A DNA stretch of 64,000 nt, from the NCBI GenBank assembly GCA_043780835.1, contig JAYWCB010000002.1, positions 27,466-91,465 on the forward strand. The letters are read 5' to 3'. The notes under the pieces are model-generated. The model was not told the DNA's origin. It did not search any database and saw nothing but the letters and a program-made list of their open reading frames with translations. This DNA is from Minisyncoccota bacterium. GTDB taxonomy: Bacteria > Patescibacteriota > Minisyncoccia > Phycocordibacterales > UBA2100. The stretch's first letter is position 1. Every line of letters starts with the position of its first letter. A program made the translations under genes and the position numbers. Below are positions 1 through 9,733 of the stretch, in pieces.

Positions 1-8
1 TTGAATAT

Positions 9-854
9 ATGAAAAAACTAGCGCTCGTAGGTTTACTCTTTGTATCAGCCATTCCCTTTGTCGCATCGGCATACGTTGATTGCCGCGAAACTGATAAGGG
101 CTGCACTGTTGCGCAATTGGTGGCAATTTCCAGTCAGACGTTTTTGTCAGCAGAAGACAGAATTGCGGCACTTCAGCAAGCCATTACAACGCTGACGAAA
201 CAACGCGAGCTATCGAACGGTCAGTCACCCGATGCACTCAATACAAATACTCCGTCGTGCATCGACCTCTCACATAACATAAACCCCGGATCAAAAGACA
301 GTTACATCTCTCACGGAGACGATGTTTCGGCATTACAGCAGTTTCTAGGTGTTTCGGTCACGGGCTACTACGGCACACTCACGGCAGATGCGGTCGTTCG
401 TTGGCAAAAGGCGCACGGGATGGATTTTGTTACGGCAAAAAGTGGTGTCGGTCCGATGACTCGCGGCAAGATGGCGTGTACGCAAACAGTCGCACGGTGT
501 CCTACCTACGAAAGTAAGCCTGTGATTTCTTCCATTAGTCCCACTTCGGGACCAGTTGGAACGACTATAGAAATTCAAGGATGTAACTTTTTAGGCTTTG
601 AGGGAGACAAAACTGTGTGGTTCACGAACGGTAACGGAGAGAAGGCCATATGGAACGCCCAGTCGGACGAAGCAACACGCACGTCAAACACGACGCTCCG
701 CGTGACCCTCCCTGCAAAAATCTGCCAAGACATGAATTGGTACTCCGGGCTTCCCTGTAAGTCCTATCTAAACATGACCCCTGGTATCTACTCCATCAAT
801 ACGAGGTCGTATGGTGGAGATAGCAATATGATCAACTTTACGGTCACAAATTAA
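9..854 (+). CDS. Secreted protein with a putative peptidoglycan-binding domain (PG_binding_1-like motif DDVSALQQFLGV..GYYG..T..AVVRWQKAHGM) and a C-terminal IPT/TIG-like beta domain
   Basis: N-terminal signal peptide MKKLALVGLLFVSAIPFVASA. PG-binding-like repeat motif. Followed by an intrinsic terminator. Confidence 0.55.
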   Translation: MKKLALVGLLFVSAIPFVASAYVDCRETDKGCTVAQLVAISSQTFLSAEDRIAALQQAITTLTKQRELSNGQSPDALNTNTPSCIDLSHNINPGSKDSYISHGDDVSALQQFLGVSVTGYYGTLTADAVVRWQKAHGMDFVTAKSGVGPMTRGKMACTQTVARCPTYESKPVISSISPTSGPVGTTIEIQGCNFLGFEGDKTVWFTNGNGEKAIWNAQSDEATRTSNTTLRVTLPAKICQDMNWYSGLPCKSYLNMTPGIYSINTRSYGGDSNMINFTVTN

Positions 855-884
855 ACTATTCGCTCCACTACACATCATATGCAA

Positions 885-915
885 AAGCGCCGTCCGTGAC
901 GGCGATTTTTGTTTG
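885..915 (+). terminator. Rho-independent terminator (stem gcgccgtc/gacggcg followed by atttttgtttg)
   Basis: GC hairpin plus T-tract immediately after the stop of the 9-854 CDS. Confidence 0.5.
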
Positions 916-1010
916 TGCAGCTTTTTCAGTACGTCTTTTAGTCATTAGCAGAAATTGTAAAACAGATTCTTTTGCGAACGTCAGTACTGCCAACGATGGT
1001 GGGTGTTCGA

Positions 1011-1862
1011 TTAATGTGTCGATGCCGATATTTCGCGATGAGATTGAGAATCATTTACGATCACAATGATAAGAAGTATCGCTGTGTACGTAAACAACGG
1101 CAACCCGATGAACAGTCCAAAAAATGCTGCCAAAATCGTAACCGGAATACTTGCGAATAGCGCAGACACATACGCCGTTCGGTATGATTCATTCCGTTTA
1201 CGGAGTTTGAAGTACGCAAATACGAGCAGCGCCGGAAAGAAAATGTAGAGCAAGTGGAATACCAGCATGCCGAATCCGCCCAGAATGACCGCGAGCACAA
1301 ACAATATCGCGCCACCAAAAATCGCCACAGGTCGCACGTACGGTTTTATTTTTGACGCAAAGGATACGATGTCTGATTTTGTAAGTGTTGTCGTGCCAGT
1401 CGTTGTTCCGTAGGAGAAAATGCGCTGTTCACCGGAACTCGGCAACGACGCGCTATCGCTGTTTTCCGTAATCGCAAAAGTTCGTTTGAAAAGCACGAGC
1501 GTGTGCGCGTCGCGTAGTGCGGATGGTGTGAATACGTCGTTTCGTGTATCAAATACTGCAAGATTTGCCGGCAGTGATTTGGTGAACGTGTTCGGTATGG
1601 CAAACGGCTCAGGCTGATTTGTGTGGAGCTCACCGTGCGCGAGCGTCAGCTCAAGTGTGTCAGGGTAGAGTGCTGTTGCGGTATCGATGATTTCCGGACG
1701 TGCGTTCAAAAGCACCGCCCATACGGGCGCCATCAGTATAAACACGATGATAAATGCAACGACCGCATAGTATTTTGCGCCTTCACTCCATGAGCGATCA
1801 TGCATGCGGGCGTAAAACTCTGGATCAAACACACACGATCGTATGGTCTTAAATAAAGTCAT
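1011..1862 (-). CDS. Hypothetical polytopic membrane protein
   Basis: Long ORF with several hydrophobic helices (AVVAFIIVFILMAPVWAVLL..., ILFVLAVILGGFGMLVFHLLYIFFPALLVF...). Confidence 0.45.
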   Translation of the reverse strand: MTLFKTIRSCVFDPEFYARMHDRSWSEGAKYYAVVAFIIVFILMAPVWAVLLNARPEIIDTATALYPDTLELTLAHGELHTNQPEPFAIPNTFTKSLPANLAVFDTRNDVFTPSALRDAHTLVLFKRTFAITENSDSASLPSSGEQRIFSYGTTTGTTTLTKSDIVSFASKIKPYVRPVAIFGGAILFVLAVILGGFGMLVFHLLYIFFPALLVFAYFKLRKRNESYRTAYVSALFASIPVTILAAFFGLFIGLPLFTYTAILLIIVIVNDSQSHREISASTH

Positions 1863-1865
1863 GCA

Positions 1866-2558
1866 TTATTTGCGCTCAAACTTTACCTCGGGCATTCCCG
1901 CGGCATACGCGACCACTTGGTACGCTTGGAAAATAAACGTTACATTCTGCGGTGTCACCATAAACGTGGAATAGTTCTCGGGCTTCGCAGACGCGCCGTC
2001 TATAAATACTGAATCGCCATATGCCTGTTTAAGCTGCGCAAGCGATTTGGTAGAGACCTGACCGAGCGATAATCCGGTCAGTGAAAGCGCGCGATCGAGC
2101 GTGATCGTTTCTCCTGATTTCGCATCATAATTGAGTGCAAGTACAATCGGCAATCCGTGCGCGCCGCCTGTATCCTGATAGAGATTGATACGCTCGCTCA
2201 CGATATTGCCACCGCTGTAGTAATCGGCGATTTTTCCAGAAAATTCGTATGGTCGCATCTCGACTTTCGGATCGAATCCGGCGGCGTCTTTTTTGAACGC
2301 ATCAATGGCTTTTTGAACTTCGGCTTCTACATGTGCGTCAACAACGGCGTTATTAAACAGACGATATTCCACGTTGATGGTGTAGCTCGGGGTCTCCTCT
2401 TTAATGAGGTGAACATCACTTCCAGGAGCCGATGTGGTGCCCGTCGTTTCGGGTACTGGTGCCGGAAGCGCTACCATGGCAGGTTTCTGATTCAGTGCAA
2501 AATATATAACGCCACCGAGCGCTGCGATAAAGACAATTGCAACTAGAAGCCGCTTCAT
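1866..2558 (-). CDS. Secreted/anchored protein, DUF3298/DUF4163-like (RsiV/PdaC-type fold), tentative
   Basis: N-terminal TM/signal MKRLLVAIVFIAALGGVIYFAL. Overall composition and motifs resemble DUF3298-family extracytoplasmic proteins. Weak call. Confidence 0.35.
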   Translation of the reverse strand: MKRLLVAIVFIAALGGVIYFALNQKPAMVALPAPVPETTGTTSAPGSDVHLIKEETPSYTINVEYRLFNNAVVDAHVEAEVQKAIDAFKKDAAGFDPKVEMRPYEFSGKIADYYSGGNIVSERINLYQDTGGAHGLPIVLALNYDAKSGETITLDRALSLTGLSLGQVSTKSLAQLKQAYGDSVFIDGASAKPENYSTFMVTPQNVTFIFQAYQVVAYAAGMPEVKFERK

Positions 2559-2578
2559 ACGACTAGCCTAACATATGT

Positions 2579-2610
2579 AAAACCGACCCTCAGAGAGGGT
2601 CGGTTTTACT
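2579..2610. terminator. Bidirectional hairpin terminator (aaaccgaccctc-aga-gagggtcggtttt)
   Basis: Perfect 12-bp stem flanked by A/T tracts, between convergent gene ends. Confidence 0.45.
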
Positions 2611-2624
2611 TTCGAATCAGTACT

Positions 2625-2843
2625 TTATTGGTCAACGCGGCCCGTGTCGCCAACCGGTGCGGACGGAAGTGATACGTTCAGATGTGTCTCATCTGAACCG
2701 GTATTTGGTATGCCTACGTCTCGGCGAGCCCACACAAAGCCGGCCACGATGACAGCGAGAATAACGATAAGCGCAACGATCCAGCCGAGCGCCGTAGAAC
2801 CGTCATCGCGCGTCGGAGAATTTGTAACAATTGTATCTGCCAT
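2625..2843 (-). CDS. Small single-pass membrane protein (hypothetical)
   Basis: 72 aa ORF with central TM helix LGWIVALIVILAVIVAGFVWA. Downstream of dinB on the same strand. Confidence 0.3.
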   Translation of the reverse strand: MADTIVTNSPTRDDGSTALGWIVALIVILAVIVAGFVWARRDVGIPNTGSDETHLNVSLPSAPVGDTGRVDQ

Positions 2844-2932
2844 AATATTTGAGTTAACTGGCTAATGGTGCCCGAGAGCACCAGTGATCAGGCTACTCCA
2901 GAGGCGTGAATTGAAAATGAAGGACTTCATAA

Positions 2933-4258
2933 TCAGTTAACCTCCCCGAGCGATGCAACGCCAAGCCTTCGGCGAGCGGTTTCTCCCCGAAAGAGTTCTC
3001 GATGACGTTGCGGCTTTTCTTCGCGGGCGATCGGTGCGTGGTGTGCAACCTTACTCAATTGCGGCGCCATTGCATGAAAGCTGGATCCGAGGAACACCGC
3101 GTGTTTGCCGTATTTTCCGCAAATCTCATCGAGGCTCGCATACACCGATTTGGCAGCTTCGGTTTTCAAGACAGATCCGAACAGATCAAGCTGCGTATTA
3201 TTAGCATCCTGTAATTTCATAAGCACGATGCCGGTTGCACGATACAGCGTCCCCTTTTTAAAAACTTTCAAGAAATACTCCCGCACCGCCGAAAGAATCT
3301 CGCTCGGGATACACGTGGCATGCGAAAGCTTGATCTCGCATCCGTGATACTTAAATTCCTGTGTCTTCAGAAAAAAGAATATCTCCGTCGTCGCGAGACC
3401 CCAGCGCCGGGCCTTGATGCATGCGTTTTCAACATTCTTGGAAAGCTGTGCCCCCACGAAGCGCGGATCGGACGACGGCGGCGTAAATGTTTTTGTCTTG
3501 CTAATCGATTGATATGATTCCCTTCCTTCAGTATCCAGTTCGTACACCACCTGGCCGTTGAGCTCGTGCCAAATCTCACGATACGGCTTCGCCATATTTT
3601 TTTGAATCCACGCTTCGTCTTTCTTTGCGTACTCGTATGCTGTTTTTACGCCGAGCTGCTGCAGGTACGCAGCGGTATTGGGACCGATCCCCCACACACC
3701 GACGGTGGGGGTTTTGCGAAGAAACGATTCTGCGGCAGATAATGGAATCAGGGTAAGGCCGTGCGGCTTTTTCCATTTTGATCCGACTTTCGCGAGCACC
3801 TTTGTGGGCGCGACGCCGATTGAAAACGAGAGTCCGAGATCGCGCTCGAGCTCATCCTGCAGGCGCGCTGCGATTTTTGCATATGGCATGCGGAGCGTAC
3901 GGCGCAACCCTGTGAGGTCGGCAAAGCACTCATCTATTGAATACTCCTCGACCGTGGGTGTGTACCGGCGCACGATCTCATACATACGATTGGAAAACAG
4001 ACTGTATGTTTCGTAGTCAGACGGCAGAATAATTGCATCGGGACACACCTTTCGCACTTCGTGCAACGCCATGCCCCGCTTCACGCCGCGCGCCTTCGCT
4101 TCGTATGTGCACGCGGATACAATGCCGCGCTCTTTTCCGGTGATTACCGCCTTGCCCCGAAGCGACGGATCTTTTGCGACCTCGCATGCCGCAAAGAAAG
4201 AGTCACCGTCGATGTGGAGGATTGCGCGCGGAAATGATCGTAGTGAGCCCCAGGCCAT
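2933..4258 (-). CDS. dinB: DNA polymerase IV (Y-family translesion polymerase)
   Basis: ILHIDGDSFFAACEV (catalytic DxD, compare E. coli IIHVDMDCFFAAVE), SACTYEAKARGVKRGM, KVLAKVGSKWKKPHG. Likely start at MAWGSL (4258); the ORF extends to 4291. Confidence 0.8.
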   Translation of the reverse strand: MAWGSLRSFPRAILHIDGDSFFAACEVAKDPSLRGKAVITGKERGIVSACTYEAKARGVKRGMALHEVRKVCPDAIILPSDYETYSLFSNRMYEIVRRYTPTVEEYSIDECFADLTGLRRTLRMPYAKIAARLQDELERDLGLSFSIGVAPTKVLAKVGSKWKKPHGLTLIPLSAAESFLRKTPTVGVWGIGPNTAAYLQQLGVKTAYEYAKKDEAWIQKNMAKPYREIWHELNGQVVYELDTEGRESYQSISKTKTFTPPSSDPRFVGAQLSKNVENACIKARRWGLATTEIFFFLKTQEFKYHGCEIKLSHATCIPSEILSAVREYFLKVFKKGTLYRATGIVLMKLQDANNTQLDLFGSVLKTEAAKSVYASLDEICGKYGKHAVFLGSSFHAMAPQLSKVAHHAPIAREEKPQRHRELFRGETARRRLGVASLGEVN

Positions 4259-4263
4259 ACCCC

Positions 4264-4533
4264 TCACACGAAACGACCTGATCGCAGACAATCAGGAATT
4301 CGTCGCTTCAGCGCAGTTTGTGCTCCAGCCGACCTTTTGAGACGATCCTCTCGCTTTTTAGCATCTGTCTGCGATAGGTACGCCTCGTAGTACACGAGTT
4401 TGAGCGGTGCTCTAAACTTCGTTGATTTGTTAAGACCATTATTATGTTCGGATAATCGACGCTTCAAGTTATTGGTATAGCCTGTGTACATATTTTGATC
4501 TTTCAAGCTTTGTAATATATATACGTAGAACAT
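4264..4533 (-). CDS. YhbQ-like (UPF0213) GIY-YIG nuclease family protein
   Basis: FYVYILQS...NMYTGYTNNLKRRLSEHNNG GIY-YIG motif, about 89 aa like E. coli YhbQ. Confidence 0.7.
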   Translation of the reverse strand: MFYVYILQSLKDQNMYTGYTNNLKRRLSEHNNGLNKSTKFRAPLKLVYYEAYLSQTDAKKREDRLKRSAGAQTALKRRIPDCLRSGRFV

Positions 4534-4558
4534 AATAAGGTCGTTTCGTGTGTAGGGG

Positions 4559-6106
4559 TTATTGAATAACCGACTCGCCTTCTATCTCGTGGAGAAAACG
4601 TTTGAACTCCTCGCGTGAGAGCGGGCGGATACGGGAACAATTTGCGGGATCGCGCATGTAACGCGAAAAGATCTTATAACGATCATGATCAAACTCGGGA
4701 ACGGTTGTGCGTGATTCCACATCAATATCCGAGGTCTTGATATCGCCGATGAGACACCAGTTGTCGAGCACAAATGAGTGCCGTTCCAGATCGTCTTTTT
4801 TCTCTTCGATCACGACCGCACCCGGATACGGCCACGCTTTCAACCGTCGGGCGCGAAACGCCGATTCGAAACGTTTGTTGTAACCGTCGCTTTTTTCTTT
4901 CATCTGACAGGCGCCTTTACAGGTACCGATCTGATGCCCAAAGCACGCGCCTTTCCCCAATTCGAGGCCGAGAATTTTTTTGCAGAGCGTGTGCGCAGCG
5001 GCGGCGAGCGAGAGGAATTCCTTTGCCTGCGCGATTGATTTAAAAATGCCGAGTATATCGCGGTATTCGTGCGCACCGATTCCTTCAACGCGCGAGAGCT
5101 CGAGCGAGGCATATGCACCGCACATTGACCGCCGCGCAACCACAATCTCTTTGCGCTTCACCAACATACGGTTATAGCGCGGCATCATCGATTTAATAAG
5201 CGAGGATTCCAAAAGCAGTGCCGACAGTTCACCGGCGGTTTCGCGGGCTTCCACACGCACCACATGCTGACTCATAATCGCTTCTTTCGAAGATGAGTGA
5301 CTGCCGGAGAAATGTGAGAGCACGCGAGTTTTGATGTTGCGACTCTTACCCACATAGAGAGGTACCTGCTCTTCGTCATAAAAGATGTACACCCCCGGAC
5401 TGTCGGGGAGATTACTAATTGTCTGCATATCCAAAAACGGCGGGAGCGTGTGCCGCTGCAAAAGTGTGTCGATTGCTGTTTCGAGCTTCGCCCCATACTT
5501 CTCGTGCGAATACTGCAGAAATTGCCAGAGTACGTGCGCATCATCAAATGCACGGTGCCGATCTGTGCAGGTAAAACTGTAGCGTCTAATCACACTCGAG
5601 AGATCGTGTTTCTTTGCGCGCGGGTAGAGCGCGCGAGAGAGTCGCACGGTGCACACGCACCGCGCATTGAATCGTTTTCCCACACGCTTGAATTCGTTCT
5701 TGATGAATCCATAATCGAACCGTGCGTTATGTGCCACGAATATCGCACCTTCGAGCAATCGCTCGACGGTGTCTGCAATATCTTCGAAGGACGGGGCGGC
5801 ATCGACTTCGCTTTGTTGAATACCCGTGAGTGCGGATATCCACGGTGATATCGCACGACCGCCCGGATTCACGCATGAGCGAAATGTTTCTGTGCATACG
5901 CCGTCTTCGATGCGAAGAATGCCGATTTCGATAACACGGCTGAACGTGGCGCTTGTCCCTGAAGTCTCAACATCGACGATTGCGAATGTTTTGCCCTTTA
6001 GATATTCCATACCTCGTAGCGCGTTGGCACGTACAGATGCGCACGCAAGAGGCGACGAATAAAGGTACTGATACGCGGCGTGAGTGTGATGGAAATTCTC
6101 ATACAA
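4559..6106 (-). CDS. DnaQ-like 3'-5' exonuclease fused to a UvrC/Cho-like GIY-YIG endonuclease domain
   Basis: Exo I motif FAIVDVETSG and Exo III H..DA. Central GIY-YIG GVYIFYDEEQVPLYVGKSRNIKTRVLSHF. Start may be MEYLKG (6010). Confidence 0.7.
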   Translation of the reverse strand: MYENFHHTHAAYQYLYSSPLACASVRANALRGMEYLKGKTFAIVDVETSGTSATFSRVIEIGILRIEDGVCTETFRSCVNPGGRAISPWISALTGIQQSEVDAAPSFEDIADTVERLLEGAIFVAHNARFDYGFIKNEFKRVGKRFNARCVCTVRLSRALYPRAKKHDLSSVIRRYSFTCTDRHRAFDDAHVLWQFLQYSHEKYGAKLETAIDTLLQRHTLPPFLDMQTISNLPDSPGVYIFYDEEQVPLYVGKSRNIKTRVLSHFSGSHSSSKEAIMSQHVVRVEARETAGELSALLLESSLIKSMMPRYNRMLVKRKEIVVARRSMCGAYASLELSRVEGIGAHEYRDILGIFKSIAQAKEFLSLAAAAHTLCKKILGLELGKGACFGHQIGTCKGACQMKEKSDGYNKRFESAFRARRLKAWPYPGAVVIEEKKDDLERHSFVLDNWCLIGDIKTSDIDVESRTTVPEFDHDRYKIFSRYMRDPANCSRIRPLSREEFKRFLHEIEGESVIQ

Positions 6107-6318
6107 GTGGTGATAATTACGAAATTAAATCTTTGTAATATGGGGCACGAGGAACCGGCTAACTTTGCGGGCGACCCGAGGCGATCGCACCTTCCCCCAG
6201 ACTTCTACGTTGGTAATGGTTGGCATCGAGGTAATGAGCGAGGACTCAATGACGTATCGTTGGATGGAAAGCCAGTTGTCTATTTTCTTCATATCGTAAT
6301 GTGGATGGTTGGTGATGA

Positions 6319-6897
6319 TTAGTACTTGCGCACGACTGCCGTAACGACCGCTTCGATCCGAAAGGACTCTTTCGGATAAATGGGTTTGTAACGCTCATTG
6401 GCCGGTTCGAGATATACCTTGTCTCCGTCTTTGCGGTAATACTTCATGGTGTACTCGCCGTCGACACTCGCGATTACAATCTGTCCCGGCTTGTACGATG
6501 CACGGCGCTCTACGATCACCATATCGCCTTCGCGAATTCCCGCATCGATCATGGAGTCGCCTTTTACTTTCAAGATGTAGCTCGATTCTTTGTTCGGCGT
6601 GAGGTATTCGTCGAAACTGAGCACGTCGAGCAATTCTTCTTCGGCCGGAGACGGGAATCCCGCTTCGACAAGTCCGAGGTATTTCAACCCCTGTTCCTCT
6701 TCGAAGTTATGCGGAATCAGATGCCCCGTTTTGTCTTTGCGCACGAGCCCTGCATCGATCATTTGATCGAGTTTGTAATTGACTGCGCTCTTAGTTTTGT
6801 AGCCCCATAGTTTCTGCAATTCCGAAAACGACGGCATGCGCTTGTGTTCGCGATAGAACTTTGCCATTTCGTCTCGGTACGCTGCGAAATCTTCCAT
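6319..6897 (-). CDS. lexA: LexA repressor (S24 peptidase, SOS regulator)
   Basis: N-terminal wHTH (SFSELQKLWGYKTKSAVNYKLDQMIDAGLV), cleavage-site region, S24 motif VKGDSMIDAGIREGDMVIVE. Confidence 0.85.
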   Translation of the reverse strand: MEDFAAYRDEMAKFYREHKRMPSFSELQKLWGYKTKSAVNYKLDQMIDAGLVRKDKTGHLIPHNFEEEQGLKYLGLVEAGFPSPAEEELLDVLSFDEYLTPNKESSYILKVKGDSMIDAGIREGDMVIVERRASYKPGQIVIASVDGEYTMKYYRKDGDKVYLEPANERYKPIYPKESFRIEAVVTAVVRKY

Positions 6898-6912
6898 ACG
6901 TGAATTATATTA

Positions 6913-6924
6913 GAACGATCGTTC
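6913..6924. promoter_or_regulatory. Candidate LexA operator (Cheo/SOS box type), palindrome GAACGATCGTTC
   Basis: Perfect GAAC-N4-GTTC inverted repeat 16-27 nt upstream of the lexA start and upstream of the divergent nuclease gene. Confidence 0.55.
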
Positions 6925-6953
6925 TGACGCAAGCGTGAAGCTGTGGATATCCA

Positions 6954-7565
6954 TTGGGAGTGCATACTGTGCCTATGATTCGCGCACGAAACAGACCACT
7001 TCGTCTTATCATTGCGGTCTTGTTTGTTGTTATTGCAGCGTACGTTGCAAAGGTTCCACTTCCTCAAACAAACCCCACACCCTCTGGGTCGTCTGCAACC
7101 ACTCCGACATCAACAAGTGCCTGGTACCCCATCGTGCGGGTTTCAGACGGAGACACAATCGTAATTAAAAAAGACGGCGCCGATGTACACGTGCGATTGA
7201 TCGGTATTAACACACCCGAAGTAAATGGTCCGTATACAAAAGAACAGTGTTACGGCAAAGCGGCCTCTGCCGAAGCAAAGAAAATTATGGGAGTGGGATC
7301 GGTGCGCATTGAAACGGATCCGTCGCAGGATCTTTACGATCAATACCATCGCCTGCTCGCATACGTGTACGTTCCGGCAAACATTCGCCCAGAAGGAATC
7401 ATGGTGAACGAATATATGGTGCGCGAAGGATTTGCCCGCGAATACACGTACAAGAAACCGTACGCGCACCAAGCGGAGTTCAAAGCCGACGAAGTGACGG
7501 CGAAATCCGAGAACAAAGGATTATGGGCGGCGTGTCCGCCTGCGCAGGCAGGCACGTCTTCATAG
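6954..7565 (+). CDS. Membrane-anchored/secreted thermonuclease (staphylococcal nuclease, SNase-like)
   Basis: DGDTIVI..G..V.VRLIGINTPE, YGKAAS, LLAYVYV, EYMVREGFA. N-terminal TM LRLIIAVLFVVIAAYVA. Confidence 0.75.
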   Translation: MGVHTVPMIRARNRPLRLIIAVLFVVIAAYVAKVPLPQTNPTPSGSSATTPTSTSAWYPIVRVSDGDTIVIKKDGADVHVRLIGINTPEVNGPYTKEQCYGKAASAEAKKIMGVGSVRIETDPSQDLYDQYHRLLAYVYVPANIRPEGIMVNEYMVREGFAREYTYKKPYAHQAEFKADEVTAKSENKGLWAACPPAQAGTSS

Positions 7566-7619
7566 TCGTCTCCACAGCGCACACCGTTTAATAGAGTATT
7601 TCTCTGTATACTTCATCGT

Positions 7620-9071
7620 ATGCAGTGCATCCCGAAATCCGGCACGATATTTTTGTGTGCCACTGCGCTTCTCACATCTTTTTTTTTGTTTAACAAAGTA
7701 AACGCGGACATCGGACCGAACACCACGGGATGCGGATCAGGCAAACACATGTCGACATCCGATGACGTTGCAAAAGGACTACCTGCAAACACATGCGTCG
7801 ACGATTCTATATCGTCCTACTTAAACGGTGGGTGCGGTTCAAACCCGTACGACATGCTGCAATCCGGCGGATTCATAGGAGGCGGCCAAGTTCGCCCTGT
7901 TTCCAGCGGTAGCAGCGGTAGCGCCGACCCTGCACTACGTCAAGGTATTGATCCGGCTCTCGCATGCCGTCTGTTTAAATTTTTTGAAGCGACAAAAGCA
8001 AAGGGCTGCACAGTAAAAATTATCAGCGCATACCGAAGCGCTCAACAACAGGAAGATATGTGCGGTACCGGGCGATCAGGATGTGCCGCCGCCGGCAGAT
8101 CGTGTCATCAGTACGGACTCGCCGTAGATGTTCAGACAAGCTGTATCGGATGGATGCGCGCAGCAGCGCCACAGTTCCAATTGGTTTTTCCCTACTATGG
8201 TCAGCACATTCAATGCGCCGAACATCCTGTCGCTGCATGCTCTACGAATACGAAGCCGTGTAATGGGGGTGTAAAAATCACTCCTGATCTTTCCCGCATT
8301 CCAAATCCCTCGCAAATCCCGGATTCATATTTCGTCCCACCGCCCGCCGCAACAAATCCATTCAGCAGTTCCAACTCGTTCATGCCAAATGCTCCGGTTC
8401 CGCCACCACCTTATTCGCCACAATCGTCAGGATCAAATACATCTTCGTACCCGACGAACACTTCGACAAACTCGTCGGGAATGAATGATATGAACGGTAC
8501 CGCAAACACGATCCCCCTACCAACAGCAACATCGAGTATTTTCACCGTGCCACCACCATATCCCTATTCACTCGGCACATCCTCGAATCCATCTAGTGGA
8601 CCGAGTGCGTATCAAAAGCTCGAGTTGATCGCACGGGACCCAGACGCAAGCAGCTCTTCGCAAAGCACACCGACGTCTGTTTCTGCACCGACACAGCTCA
8701 ACGGAGACCTCAACGACATCCAAAGCGGCTCAACTGATGGAACAAATTCGAGCCTCAATACTGTTGAGGCCAACACAACCGGTGGAACGAACGAAACAAA
8801 TCCTGCCGGCGGCACCATCGCCAAAAATTCTGTCTCGGTAAACCCCATCCATGTAACCGAAACTTTTTCGGGTTCGCAGCCGACTATGGTGCAACCTTCA
8901 CAAGCCGCGACTTCCGGATTGAACGCGGCCGCCAGCAAATCTCTGATTCTTGCACTTCTCACGACGCTTCGCGACTTACTCGTCTCTTACCTTCATTTCC
9001 TGCAATCGCGTTCTACCTACGGATTTCAAGGTTCGTGGCAGGTCCCCGCCGCAAGCGCTACGTACCGCTAA
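7620..9071 (+). CDS. Secreted peptidase M15-like (VanY/D,D-carboxypeptidase superfamily) protein with long Ser/Thr/Pro-rich low-complexity tail
   Basis: Signal peptide. IISAYRSAQQQEDMC ... HQYGLAVDV (M15-like Zn ligand pattern). About 250 aa S/T/P/N-rich C-terminal region. Confidence 0.4.
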   Translation: MQCIPKSGTIFLCATALLTSFFLFNKVNADIGPNTTGCGSGKHMSTSDDVAKGLPANTCVDDSISSYLNGGCGSNPYDMLQSGGFIGGGQVRPVSSGSSGSADPALRQGIDPALACRLFKFFEATKAKGCTVKIISAYRSAQQQEDMCGTGRSGCAAAGRSCHQYGLAVDVQTSCIGWMRAAAPQFQLVFPYYGQHIQCAEHPVAACSTNTKPCNGGVKITPDLSRIPNPSQIPDSYFVPPPAATNPFSSSNSFMPNAPVPPPPYSPQSSGSNTSSYPTNTSTNSSGMNDMNGTANTIPLPTATSSIFTVPPPYPYSLGTSSNPSSGPSAYQKLELIARDPDASSSSQSTPTSVSAPTQLNGDLNDIQSGSTDGTNSSLNTVEANTTGGTNETNPAGGTIAKNSVSVNPIHVTETFSGSQPTMVQPSQAATSGLNAAASKSLILALLTTLRDLLVSYLHFLQSRSTYGFQGSWQVPAASATYR

Positions 9072-9116
9072 ACGCGATTGCCGCAGGGACCTATTTTTGC
9101 TATAGTCCTGCGACCA

Positions 9117-9728
9117 ATGGGCTTTACAAAATACACATCGCAAGCGGAAAAAGAGCGCGTTCGAATGAACGAAGGCATCCGCGCCAAAGAAGTTCGCGTA
9201 CTTGGACCCGAAGGAGAAAACTTCGGGGTTCTTGCCACTGCCGACGCGCTCGCAAAGGCAAAGGAACTCGGTCTCGACCTCATTGAGGTATCCCCCAATG
9301 CGAACCCGCCCGTGTGCAAAATCACCGACTACGGTAAGCACAAATACGATCAAAAGAAGAAGGATAAGGACATTAAGTCAAAAGCCAAGGTAACCGAGAC
9401 AAAGGAAGCGCAGGTCAAAATCGGCACCTCGACCAACGATATGAACATCAAGGCCTCCAAAATCGGAGCCTGGCTACGCGAAGGCCATCGTGTCAAGGTG
9501 GATCTGTTCCTTTGGGGACGCTACAAATACATGGAATTCGACTTCTTAAAGGACCGTTTAGAGCGCTTTCTTGCAATAATCCCAGAATCGTATAAAATCG
9601 CTGACGAGATCAAGAAGAGCCCCAAAGGCCTCTCGGTCGTGCTGGAACGAGATGCTTCAAAAAAGGCGCCTTCCAAACAGGCGCTTAAAACCGAGGTAAT
9701 TCCCGATTCAGACGAGACAGACGCATAA
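9117..9728 (+). CDS. infC: Translation initiation factor IF-3
   Basis: RMNEGIRAKEVRVLGPEGENFGVL...DLIEVSPNANPPVCKITDYGKHKY. Start set at ATG 9117 by alignment to the IF3 N-terminus (the ORF is open from 9078). Has a C-terminal tail. Confidence 0.85.
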   Translation: MGFTKYTSQAEKERVRMNEGIRAKEVRVLGPEGENFGVLATADALAKAKELGLDLIEVSPNANPPVCKITDYGKHKYDQKKKDKDIKSKAKVTETKEAQVKIGTSTNDMNIKASKIGAWLREGHRVKVDLFLWGRYKYMEFDFLKDRLERFLAIIPESYKIADEIKKSPKGLSVVLERDASKKAPSKQALKTEVIPDSDETDA

Positions 9729-9733
9729 ATACC

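Noticed and set aside
9078-9116. Extended N-terminus of infC from the first in-frame Met
   Set aside because: Alignment to the IF3 N-terminus favours the Met at 9117. The upstream 13 codons are probably leader.
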